A stretch of DNA of 63,247 nt, the filler included, from Rhabdomonas costata (taxonomy: Eukaryota), in assembly GCA_019059605.1 (NCBI GenBank). It is 24 parts of 24 records of this genome, joined end to end, with 100 filler letters (N's around TTAATTAATTAA, not from the genome) between each part and the next. Parts side by side here need not be neighbours in the genome. Positions count along the whole stretch, not along the records: positions 23,762 to 26,301 come from JAHMHO010002958.1; positions 26,402 to 28,940 come from JAHMHO010002959.1; positions 29,041 to 31,598 come from JAHMHO010002960.1; positions 31,699 to 34,236 come from JAHMHO010002961.1; positions 34,337 to 36,874 come from JAHMHO010002962.1; 19 more parts are not named here. One strand, given 5' to 3'. Under the pieces are notes generated by a model. That model saw only the letters and a program-made list of their open reading frames with translations, searched no databases and was not told the DNA's origin. Each line of letters opens with the position of its first letter. The first letter of the stretch is position 1. This document shows, one piece after another, positions 25,699 through 36,813 of the stretch. The position numbers were made by a program, and so were the translations under genes.

Positions 25699-26164
25699 AT
25701 GGGCGAGCCTCCGGTCATTCCCGGATTTCGGCATGTCCCTAAGACTGGCGTAATCTATGTCATGGACGAGGCCGCGAAGCTGGGGTGCGCGTCTTATGTC
25801 TTGTGTCCGAGTTGGCAGCGTTGTGGCTGCCTGTGAGTTTAGGCAGCGTTCTACTCTTTTCAAAGGCTAGTCGGACTTCCAACAACTGTCATAATTCGGA
25901 TTTCTCCAGATGCTCCAGGTTGATAGTCTCCTCAGTCGCGGTGGGTGCATTCCCCGCACACGCTCTTTCTTTAGGTACACCAGTGGCAGTACTGAGTGGG
26001 CTAACCTTGGCCAGGGCTCCCCAGAGACCGGCTCGATCGACCCCAAGGTGCCCATGCTCACCCGAATCCCCGTCAACCCGGCCACCAGCCATTACGGCAG
26101 CGTACAGGGCACGGCGGCACTGCGGCAGGCCGTGGCGGAGCTTTACAACGGAATGTACCGCCAG
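25699..26164 (+). CDS. PLP-dependent aminotransferase class I/II, N-terminal exons (25699-25784, 25975-26164)
   Basis: VPKTGVIYVM, EWANLGQGSPE and YGSVQGTAALRQAVAELYN. A phase-2 GT-AG intron restores the frame. Confidence 0.88.
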
Positions 26165-27459
26165 GTTCAACTCACTGCAAACGGAAAAAAATTGCAATTC
26201 AAGGGCAGCTCCAAGTAACCTTTTATGACCCTGCCATCCCATTTGAATCTGTCTCATTCTTATGTGTTTATCTCTGTCCTTTTCTGCCTCCCCCCCCAAC
26301 CNNNNNNNNNNNNNNNNNNNNNNNNNNNNNNNNNNNNNNNNNNNNTTAATTAATTAANNNNNNNNNNNNNNNNNNNNNNNNNNNNNNNNNNNNNNNNNNN
26401 NGGGTGGGGGGGTGAGGACCAATGGGACTGCTTTCGGGGAGACTCCTCTGCGCCTATGTCTCTCTGGCATTTAGCATTGCGCGCGGTTTCTCTCTTAGCA
26501 CGCTCTCGCGTCGTGGAACGACAGCTCATCGCGTTCACCGTCAACCTCACGGTGCCCCTAAGCGTCGGGGACACGCGTGGATGCACGCATTTACTTGACT
26601 CTCCGGTTGTTCTGAATGATACGAATTCTCCCTTTGTCAGGCCACCTTGAATCAACGTGCCGGTGTGCCTTGGGGTGAGCAGGGGGGGAGAATGAGTCAA
26701 CGGGGAACCGGTGCTTATACTTTTATTTTGGAATGCAAAAAATCCTTACAGGCCCTCCAGGTCACGTGATCACCCCAGCCGGTTGCTTCGACAGGCGCGT
26801 CGCAGGCCTCCGAACCTAAAAAACAATGCTGGACTGAAACGGTCAGCAAACACACCCATCTAATGGATATGCACTGGCACACACTTATTTTCGAGAGTGC
26901 TGGCTTGATTTCCCTGATTGTTTTCAAGCTACTTTAGCATCAGTTTGCTGTTAATGTTGGTAGTTGTTGCCGACGGTCCCCCACCCCTAACAACCCATCA
27001 TTCGTGCCATTCACATGAAGCGGAACACGGAAGACCTTTTGCTGCCTACCGGGCAGCAAGACTCCTCGTGTTTCGTCTCATCTTCCGTGCGAGAAGTGAC
27101 CTATAGCAAGCGATATGTGGCGGGCGGGAGGGACGGACATTTGTTAATCCAAAAACCTGAGGACACAACGACTCTTGGTTTGAATGATTGAAAAGCAAGC
27201 ACTAGCCTGGTTTGGGTGTTTGAAAAGTTGAGAAGTGTTTGAGAGGAGAGCACAGCGGAATAATTGAATGTACAAAAACAAGAGACACTTGGCACGGACC
27301 AAAACAATTCGCTGCTTCTGAGAGCGATGAAGTGATTGGAGTCTTCGCTCGAAACGCGCTTCCTCAACTGAAGGAGAATGAACAGCAAGCTTGGGTAAAA
27401 CCCGCAAAAGGTTGAATCCAAAAACGTGGCGGCCTTGGTCTGTACCCCCCTCTATCTCT

Positions 27460-27830
27460 GGTGTTGGGGGAGTTCAAAAAGACAATCAGCTTCGAACAGA
27501 CAACAGGCAATGCGGCACACGAGTTCTGCAGTGGATGGACTCTACGGAATCAAACCAGGTTTATATGCACAGGGTGCATGCATCGGAGCAGGAAAGAGCA
27601 CGGATGAAAGTGCTGGCTCTGGGCCCCCGATTCTAATGCCTTTCAACATCCTGCAGGACGTGCTGCGTAGACTGGGGGCAGGGCCTTGTCGTGCTGGGAA
27701 CCCCAGTCGGGAGCCCTGCCTTTGTTGATGCAGAGGTGGCTCGACGTGCTCAGGATCTCTCCTTGGCCCTTGACCAACTGCAGTCTTTGGGCTGCCCTGG
27801 TACACTGGTACACGATTCTGCGAAATCACC
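27460..27830 (+). mobile_element. Decayed CRE-like non-LTR retrotransposon RT remnant
   Basis: GLVVLGTPVGSPAFVDAEV..LDQLQSL resembles the G..VLG.P.G...F segment of CRE-type RTs. Upstream GVQKDNQL resembles GVQQGDPL. Frameshifted. Confidence 0.5.
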
Positions 27831-29230
27831 ACACAAAAAGCTGGACTATAAAGGCAAAGGCAAAGGAAAAATAGATGGGCATACGTCGAATTGACATCAC
27901 ATCGTTCTTCACCAATTACCAACACAGACGTCGCTTTCTAAAACTTAACCTTTATGCCTTCTTCAGAAACAATAAATCAAGAGTATGTGACTGTTTTTAA
28001 ACACACACATTCAAAGATATTTCTAATTTTAAACGGAATATTTGAACTTCAGGAACCTGGAGTATTTTCTTCGCTCCATGGTAGCCAGGGTGTGGCCCAC
28101 TGAACTGAGCCGACTGAATCGAGTAGTACGGCCTTGCAGTGCCTCCGGATTTTCTGAAATAGACATAGACCCAGGGATATGATTTTCGGCAGGAGCTAAA
28201 TCTATGGAACCTGCACGTCAAAGAAATGCATTTCACTGCCCCACAACAGTTCAGCGAATGGTGCATCATCATTGTCAACAGCAACATCAACAAGAAAACA
28301 ACAAATCTAACAAAGCCAATGACTCACTTGCATCTTAGTGTATGAGATCTTTGGCCGCGGAGCACACCCGTCATTAGCGCCACTTTAACGCCACTTTCAG
28401 CAAGGACCGTGGCGACAAAAAAGCGCACCGCCTTGAAACGTTTATGTAAACGTAAACGTTTATGTAGCAGTGTGGCTGCGTAGTGTACCAGGAGAATATA
28501 TCGGCTCCTTTGTCTCCGTCGGAGGGGCTTGGACGTGAGTAACTCATCTAGCTAACTGCGCCTTTTTTTTTGCGCTTCAATCTCGGCTTGGTTTATTTTC
28601 AGCGAGAGAATAAAATTCCACCAACTGCGAGCCTTTGAGCAGACATGCTTGTCGCAAAAGGTGTGTGCAGAGCGTTGGTGTGGTCGATGCTGACAAGCGT
28701 CAGCATGTAATTTTCTGATTTTTTTCATGCAGCCTGCGAGGCAAATACGGGAATTTCGCCCCAATGCAGCTGAGTTTCAACCTTTCAATTTGCTGCGCGG
28801 AACCCTGAAGCTTTATCACGACGAGAGTTGCAAAGCCAAACCTGAGACGTATGTTTTTTTCTTATGAGCTGTGGTTTGGGTTTTTGCTGTAGTGGTGGAT
28901 ATGTGCTTGTTGCTTTCTTTCTTTCTTTCTTTCTTTTTGCNNNNNNNNNNNNNNNNNNNNNNNNNNNNNNNNNNNNNNNNNNNNTTAATTAATTAANNNN
29001 NNNNNNNNNNNNNNNNNNNNNNNNNNNNNNNNNNNNNNNNCGCATCTTGGGGTTTATGGGTTTGGTTTTTGGCTTCGGTCTTCGGCCTTCGGGTTCTGGG
29101 TTTATGCCTTCTGTGTTTGTGTCTGCGAGTCGGGGATTTCATGCTTCGGGTATTTGGTGTTGGGTTTGGTCTTCGGCATTCGGGTTTACGTGCATGGTTC
29201 AAGGAGTACAATTACGCCACTGGTAGCAGC

Positions 29231-30470
29231 AGAGTAGAGCTCGAGATAACTCGCCACTCCCTACACAGTTAATTTGCTTTCGGCATATGCGCCGACAAGG
29301 AGAAAGGGTACGGTGGACTTACGGCATTGGCAAGTTTGGGTTCGGGTTCGGTTTCGGTTTCGGTCTCTGCCTTCGGTTTCGGTTTCGGTCTCTGCCTTCG
29401 GTTTCGGGTTCGTGTGTCAGGGGTTGGTTCGGTGGGTTCTAGCGCTTCAGACAAGGATGGGGTTCGTGAGGATGGATTTCGTGTGGGGTGAGTTGGGTTC
29501 ATTGATCTTGTACTTCTAGCACTGTGTTCATGGGTGGATTTCGGACAAGGGGGGTGTGACGACGGCGTGATTCGGGGTTGCTTCGTTCCAGCGTGCGCGT
29601 GTTGAAGTCGGGTAGGAGTTAGGTCGTCTCTCAAGGTTCCGTAGGCCAACAACTATTCGGTGAGCTCACCCACGGTATGGCGCATCATTGCTACGTGTAG
29701 GAGGAACGGGGTAGGTTGACTATCTGTCAGTATCTGTGGCGTGGGCGTGACGGCAAGGCGATGGAAGGCGTTGCGTGGAGGCGTGGCGGTGGAAGTCTGG
29801 GAGCGTGGGTAGGACTCTGGAGGGTAGGCTATCACGGAACGGAAGGGGACGCCCAACTCAACGTGTGCGCTGAAACTGAGCTAGGGTATCCGTCACTGCG
29901 GATGGGTGGGTAACGGTGTGGCGAGGTGAACTTGGTGTCGTGAGGTGGCAAGTACAATTAGTGTGACACACTAACCGAACGTCATCACACGATATTGATT
30001 CGCAGCGTTTGAACCGAGACACAAAAATCACGTGTATGTGCGTATGTGTTACAGTTAGACGTATACGTACAGCATTGGGTTGTTGTGCACACATTACCTG
30101 CAAACCATGGCCACTGGTAACGATGGAGCTAAGGTGGTGGAGGATCGGCACAGGTTGCTCAACTTCACACACTGAGGTGATATCGCGTTGGGGTGGGGCG
30201 AGTCATGTCATCAAGCCACAGGTTGGCCATGGTGGTGTGACCCCATTCATCCAGAGACACAACACCATAGTTACTACGCGTATACATCAACGTAGGGTGT
30301 GTTGCCCTGTTAGTAGTGTAGCGAGTGTGTGCTAGTACCAGGTGTTGGGATAGGCGTAGGGTTGATGCGAAGGGTGTGGTAGGCTGCCAATGTACCGTGT
30401 GGTAACCATCCTTCGTGCTACCTGTACCTATTCCTTCATCCTGTGGTGGGGTTCGGCATCAACACTCCTA
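29231..30470 (+). rRNA. Extremely divergent bacterial-type (organellar?) SSU rRNA gene or pseudogene
   Basis: More than 10 degenerate 16S motifs in collinear order. Examples: 29308 gtacggtggacttacggcattggcaa (ggacgggtgagtaacgcgtgggcaa); 29532 gggtggatttcggacaagggg (gggaatattggacaatggg); 29576 ggttgcttcgttccagc (ggctaacttcgtgccagc); 29781 gcgtggcggtggaa (gtgtagcggtgaaa); 30171 actgaggtgata (actgccggtgata); 30192 ggtggggcgagtcatgtcatca (ggtggggatgacgtcaagtcatca); 30455 ggcatcaacactcct (ggatcacctcct). Aligned by eye from memory of the consensus. Confidence 0.55.
29347..29407 (+). repeat. 25-nt tandem repeat, ~2.4 copies (ttcggtttcggtttcggtctctgcc)
   Basis: Exact copies at 29347-29371 and 29372-29396, with a partial copy to 29407. 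Confidence 0.92.
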
Positions 30471-30497
30471 CGCTCTCAGCACCTCATGGTTAAGGAG

Positions 30498-30790
30498 GGT
30501 TAGGCTAAGCGTAAGGGGTGATGGTGCTGTTCCCTACCCTGGTGGTGGTCAAGGCATGTCCTACACAGAGGGTAAGGATGCCTACCGGTGTAAAGCCTGA
30601 TGTTGGAATGATGCGAAGTGGAGGGCGCCGAGCCCGACCATGACGTTGAAACCATCCTCAGTGTTAGCACTCACAGCATCAACGCTTCCTCAACCATCAA
30701 CGTGTAGGGATAGGCCTTGAGTGTCAAAGGTGAAGCGTAAGGGAGGTATGGGATGCAAGGTTCACTCCACCACCCTAAGGTGCTTACGTT
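30498..30790 (+). rRNA. Possible divergent LSU rRNA 5' (domain I) fragment
   Basis: 30498 ggttaggctaagcgta (ggttaagcgactaagcgta); 30576 ggatgccta; 30646 ttgaaaccatcctcagt (ctgaaacatctaagt); 30767 ccaccaccctaagg (ccatcctccaagg). The motifs are in order and lie directly after the SSU-like segment. Confidence 0.35.
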
Positions 30791-30844
30791 CACTGGGTCA
30801 CACTCATCAAGACGTCAGCATTCTCGGTGCCTCGAATGCTTCCT

Positions 30845-31598
30845 CATGTGCTAGTTCGTTCCACCGCTTCACGGTTCCACTCACGGTTCGTCACTCGCTA
30901 CCCGCTCGTTCCTCTCGACGTCCTCACTACGCGTTGCTTCGTTCGTCCTCTGCATACGTTCTTTCGATCACGGTTCACAATCGTCCTATCGTCGCTGCGC
31001 TCCTCAATGTCCTCATGTTCACAATGGCTGTATCCTGGTCGCTTCGTCACAATCGCTACGCTCATGTTCCTAGCTCCTGTTCTTGGTCGTCACAATCGCT
31101 ACGCTTCGCTCCGCTCATGTTCCTCCGGCTGTTGGGTATTGGGTTTCTGTCTCTCGTCACTCACTGCGTTCGTTCCTCGTTCCCTGGTCGTCACTCCGCT
31201 CGAGTCCCTCGCTACGTTCCTCCTGACGTCACTCCCTCCACTGCGTTCCGGTCGTTCCTCTGCATAAGTGTATTATTCTGTATTCCTGTCACTCACTCGC
31301 ATCAGCTCGTTCGCTCCTTCTTGACGTCAGGATTCTCGGTTCCTCGAATCCTTCCTCTATTCTTGGCGTCGTCGCTGCGCTCCTCCTGCAATCCCCACTT
31401 CACTGCGTTTCGTGGGGGCCCTGGGAGTGAAGAAAGAAGAAGAGTGAAGAGGAGAGGAGCGAACCACCTTAAATGGTGGGGAGCGACGGGATGAGCCTCT
31501 AGGGGTAAAAGATGTTGATGTCGTCGATGCCTCCCTACGGTCAGCATCTCCTCCTAAATGCAGTGGTTCGGTCGCTCCACCGCGGTGCGGCTACGCTC
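30845..31598. repeat. Pyrimidine-rich array of short dispersed repeats (cactgcgtt, cgctacgct, cacggttc, cgttcctc)
   Basis: cgtcacaatcgctacgct at 31045 and 31088; cactgcgtt at 31162, 31239 and 31401; cacggttc at 30870, 30882 and 30969. Confidence 0.75.
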
Positions 31599-31708
31599 NN
31601 NNNNNNNNNNNNNNNNNNNNNNNNNNNNNNNNNNNNNNNNNNTTAATTAATTAANNNNNNNNNNNNNNNNNNNNNNNNNNNNNNNNNNNNNNNNNNNNTG
31701 TGGTGGGT

Positions 31709-33884
31709 GGTGGCACGGACACTTCGAGAGTGTCCTCGTCTTTCACCACGGCGTGCAACAGCATCCGCGTCAGGGCATCCGCCATCACCGCAGGAGACTG
31801 GGAAATTCCAATGCTGCTGTTGATCCACTGTTGAAAACGTACAAAGAGAATAGAAGGCTTACTAGGGGCCAGAGGGACGATCATTGGGAGGCTTCGAGTG
31901 CAGATGCGGAAACTGAAAGGAAACCTTCACGGAGCAATTCATTTTCTTCACCGCAAGGTTGGGGGTTTGGACTTGTCGTCCATCAGAATACCGGACAAGC
32001 ACCGGCTCCACCCTGAGATATAGAAGAGCGTGTCGCGCAGCTCGTCCGCACTAAGGGCAACATAATACTCAATACAAAAAAGATACGATCCATCTCCTCG
32101 CCATTCAGCAGTGCAAGTTTCCGGTTTGTAACCTCCCTTTCTTTGGCTCTTGTTGCTGAGCATCGGGCTCTAAATACCCCAGCCACAATTGGATCCGAAG
32201 CTGGATTCAATTCTAGAGGAGTGCACGCCGAGGGAAGCAAAGAAAGGAATAAGCAGCATACGAAAAAGGGACTTTGCAGTAAAGGGAGAAGGCGCAGATG
32301 AGCTGATTCACCAACACCGTTGCCTTGTGCTCATCAACCGCAGTGGCTTCGATAAAAACATTCTGAAGGAAACCGCAAAAGGGAAAGGTAAAAGCTAGGT
32401 TCACAACAAAAAGAAAGCCGAGAGCAAAAAAGACAAACTCAGGTACCTTGGTGTTGAGAGAGATCGCCGAGTGCTTGGAGTTGATAATGGGAGGCAACGA
32501 CATGATCACTGAAAACAGCGGCAGGCATGTAGAGCTGTTGGGTTTGCCAGGACGGAGTCCAATTCCTCACTTCGTGGTCCATCTGATTGCACCTGTTAAT
32601 CCTATCTGGAGAGCAAAGGGCGCCGAGTAATCAGGCCAACCAAACAGTTGCAAAAGCTCGGTATTCGAGAAAACCCATCCACCTCTGTATTCTTTCATTG
32701 ATAAGTGCGGGAGTATCTGGGGGGTTGGGAGCACAGAGCAAGTAGCAGCCCGAAACGCTCCAGCAAGATTGCGACATCATGCCCACCTCCATTTTTGTCC
32801 CGGATGACCAAAAAGGTGGCCTTGTCTTCGATCATGTGGAGGTACTTCCCCAGGTGAAGATCTTTCCTGTAGAACTCAACAAAGTCTTCTCCCTTCACCA
32901 CCTGCAAACATAAACAAAACAGAAGCGCAATGAAGTAGCCATAGTCGGGAGGGAATAAACTTACCACATTAGAGAAATACGTGTAATTTATCAACCAGCG
33001 CACCTCAGTTTCCTTCAAGGGAACAAAGGCGACCTCGCTGCGAGGTATGGCGTCGTATCGAAAAGGTCCCTCAACTGTGTCCAAGTCATGCGTCCCCACG
33101 GACACCAAGGTTCGCTTCCTGAGCAGCAATAATATAAAAAAGGTCAGTTTAGAACAGACGTCATGATGACCAAGACGTCAAAGACGACAAACAATACCTC
33201 GCAAGGTTTTGGTGAAGTTTTTCTTGCAAATCAATGAACGAAGCGTAGCTCTGCGCCGTGAAAGTAATGTCACGGAGGACAGCGCAAACTACGTAATCCC
33301 TTTGAAAAAAGCCGGAGTCTTGTAATAAAAAGTAGTCTTGTCCACATCTGTAACCTCAAGCAGCCGTCATTCACAAACAGAATAATAGAACAATTCTGAA
33401 AGCTGACGCTATGCAGACTTGTGCTTTCCAGTCTCCGCATGAGCTCAGGGTCCGTTTTGCTATTCAATTGGAGGAATTTGCAATTCAAGGAGTTACATAT
33501 TCAAATGGAATTTCGGACATCGCCCAGAAGGTCATTCTGAAAAGAATCAGCCTAAAAAAACACCTGTAGCCAACCACGGAAGAGGCCACGTCCATGGTGA
33601 ACTTGGGTTCAGGGCACAGATACTGCGGAGGGCTCATTTGCCTCAGAAAGACACGCAGAGCGACGGAGAAGCCCTCGATGCTCAGCAGATCATAGCTGCA
33701 ACGAAAGTCCCCATGATAAATCCCACCAACGTTTACCGTGCGTTTACCTGAATCAACTGAAAAGCAACAACCGGTTTGCAGGGAGGTCGACCTTGTACAG
33801 CACTTCTGTGCTCAGGCTTTCCAGAGCCTTTGCGTCTTTGCTTGTCCTGGCCAACTCCCTTTCGGCAATTTCTCGTTCACATGT
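31709..33884 (-). CDS. FARSB: Phenylalanyl-tRNA synthetase beta subunit (cytosolic), partial, 9 exons: 33884-33772, 33695-33564, 33299-33198, 33118-33004, 32901-32787, 32508-32447, 32362-32262, 32012-31925, 31827-~31709
   Basis: [58 protein letters not shown] and NVFIEATA. Eight frame-consistent GT-AG introns of 76-278 nt. Confidence 0.96.
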
Positions 33885-35039
33885 CTGAAGGCCACCCACC
33901 CCAAGAGTTCTTACAAGGCAGTGCAAAGCTCCAACCAAACGGCTTAGAAATGAATGGAAATGAAAATTTTCATGAAACTGCTCGAAGTCACGGAATTTTT
34001 TCGGGAAGAAATAAACTCAAAAATGATCGCAAATGCTACACAACACAGCCAAAGGATTAGCGGAATTTCCTTTTCGTCCACCAGAACTGCAAAAAACGAG
34101 CAAACTCATTCCGATGAACAGGCTTCACCGAGAGATACACAACTTCTAACGAAACATGCTCTATTACCGACTATTTAGTGTTCGCAAAGGAGACCCCAGC
34201 GCAAAACGAAACGTGAAAAGGAACAACCCACAAAAANNNNNNNNNNNNNNNNNNNNNNNNNNNNNNNNNNNNNNNNNNNNTTAATTAATTAANNNNNNNN
34301 NNNNNNNNNNNNNNNNNNNNNNNNNNNNNNNNNNNNTGTGGTTGGTGTTTCCCAATCCCCAGTTCGCGACTGTTATAATGAGCCGTTACTGGAAAGCGGT
34401 GGTTCCCGAGTCGAGGGAGTTGCGAGCTGCTCGTCCGCCGTTCGCAAATTGTTAATATGGATTGGCTGCCATTTCCATACAGCTACAGCTCGATTTGTCT
34501 TTCAGCACTTTTTAAATTTTTCAGCAATGGGCACAAACTCAATTTACAAAGGATCCTGCTTCGCATAAAATGGCAAATAATTCCATAACTTTCTTCGACC
34601 CAATTCCAGGGCCCCCTTTGGGCCCCAATTCAAAATCCCTCAAAAAATTCTTTCTCGCACCGTGACCTCCCCTTGCTCGCATGCGTAGTTTCCAGAAAGA
34701 ACTGAAAGAGTGGTCAATTTTGGCCAGAAATGCCCGGAAAATGCTCGAAAATAGCCGAAAATAGCCGAAAATCGATGAGGAAACAGCTTGTATTTCGATA
34801 GCAGTGTTTATCGGCGGTTTCTGGCCTGCGATGTGTGGTCTTGTGAATATGGGACTAATGCACATCGCATGCGCTGTTGGGGATCACCCCACGCAGTTCC
34901 GGGTTCTCTCTCCCAAACTTTCTACTTCGCCGGCCGAATCACCTTTCCTTCGATCACCCGGCGTTCCCTTTTTTACTTCATTCGCGGAGGGGTTCTTTTC
35001 CCTTTTGGGGCGCACCTCTCTCTCCTTTTCTCCCTCGAA

Positions 35040-36813
35040 ATGAAGGCCCTGCGCATTCCCGCACCGGCTCTTCTCCGCCGTGGAATCTCCACCACCCCAG
35101 GCGTCGTCACGGGCTCCCTCTTTGCACCCACCCTCCAGCTGCGCCACGGTGAGCCCCTCCCTGAGGGCCTCCTGAAGCCCGGACGCACCTATGCCGAGGC
35201 CCGCGCCATCCTCACCACCAGCAAGCTTGCCGACATCACCTTCTCCGTGACTGGGCACATGCGGGGGCTGGACGGCCCGGGGTCCTCGCTGGACCTCCCG
35301 GAGTTTCAGCGCCGGCTCACTGACCCCAACGCGAAGTCTCTGGCGGAGCTCCCGTCCACCTTGACGGTGGCCAGCGGGTTCACCTCCACAATCACGATTG
35401 AGGCGGCCGAGGATCCGGAGTCCATCGAGTACATTGCCTCGGACTACGGCATCAACACCCCTTACCGAGTGAAGGGGAAGGTCCTCCCCCCCTCTCGCTC
35501 TCTCTCTCTCTCGCTCTTCCTAACAGTGTCCGGGAATGGGGGTATGTATTGTCGACAATGATGGGCTGAGTATGCAGACTGTTAGTCTTTTGAAGTGAGC
35601 AGGCAACTCCCACTTTTAGAAGTTATGGAAAGTGAACTCTTCTGCAGAAAGGAAGGGCCCAGAGTCACGACAGCAAAAAGTTTTCACAGAGGCACCTAAG
35701 ATATTGGGTCGCTGACCCGCTTTGCCCCGCACCTTCCTACAAAAGTCCCTTGAAGAAAAGTCCGTCGGGTCAGACAGAGAGGGAAAGCCACTCACAGCTC
35801 TGTCCTGTGTTTCTTGTTAGTTTGTGGTGAACAACAACGGGCGGTGCCCCAAGGGCATGCTGGACGCCCCGGGGTACGTCCTGGCTAACCTGTTTGGGCT
35901 GCGCGGGGTGCGGGTCACGGTGGAGGCCATTGCGCCGATGGCCCTGGCCGGGGGAATGGAGAGCTCCAATGTCTTCCTGACCTCGCTGTTGGCGGTGTGC
36001 CCTTTGAAGCACCCTTAGAGTCCTTTCTCAAGCTTGGATTCCCAATCACAACCTCCACAACCAAGACTCCTGCAGCACCTCATCATCCGGGAATCTCTCG
36101 TAAAATCGAAGTCTTCTGCGGCAAAAAAATCCCCCCCCCCGTTTGAATAGACGTATCTGAGATGGGCCTGTAGCGGGAGAACTTTTTGTATCACCCGAAA
36201 AACTCCTTCCAAGGCCGATACTTGTGTGGTCATTGTCCGACCACGTCTGCTTTGGGTAGCAAGCAACAACCTGGGACTGTGCTCACACCCGTTCTCAGAG
36301 GTCAGCGCAATGGTTGTGGACACCCCTCTGACCGAATTCGATCCTTGAAGAGCTTGTTTTGGCTAAATAAAAATACGCCCCATTTGGAAAGACTCAGATG
36401 AAATGTGCATACAGTGGAAACAGTTTTGCAACCCACGAAAGCTCCTTCCCGCCATTCCCCGAACGGACACCTTCCGACTACAGCGGACGGTCTTGGGCGG
36501 CAGGCAACAACCTGGGACCCCTGTGCCCGCATCTGTTCCTCCAAAGGTTGGGGCGATGCTCTCTGACACCCCGCTGACTGAGGCCGACCTGTTCGCGCTG
36601 GCGGTGAAGCTGGAGAACGACGAGTTTGCGGGGCTCACCGGTGGCCAGGGCCACCTGTGCTGCCTGCTGGGCGGTGCCCACCGCCACGTGTGGCTGTCGG
36701 GGACGTTCCCCGCGGCGCCATACGCCGCGCTGAGCTACCCCGTGCTCAGCGAGGACAGCCTGTCGGAGCTGGAGCAGCGTATCCTCCTCGTGCAGGCCGG
36801 GAAGGAGTACAAG
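35040..36813 (+). CDS. GHMP-kinase-like protein (HddA/sugar-kinase-like), 5' part, exons 35040-35480, 35821-35994, 36547-36813
   Basis: Gly-rich ATP loop PMALAGGMESS (like PxGxGLxSS) and LAVKLE...GLTGGQG...LGG. Phase-0 GT-AG introns. Basic, acid-free N-terminus. Confidence 0.78.

Noticed and set aside
29690-29710. Sarcin-ricin-loop-like gtaggaggaac
   Set aside because: Weak match, and inconsistent with the surrounding collinear SSU-like motifs.
30721-31494. 257-aa ORF
   Set aside because: Low-complexity S/R/L/V translation of a repeat array that is poor in stop codons. No domain is recognisable.
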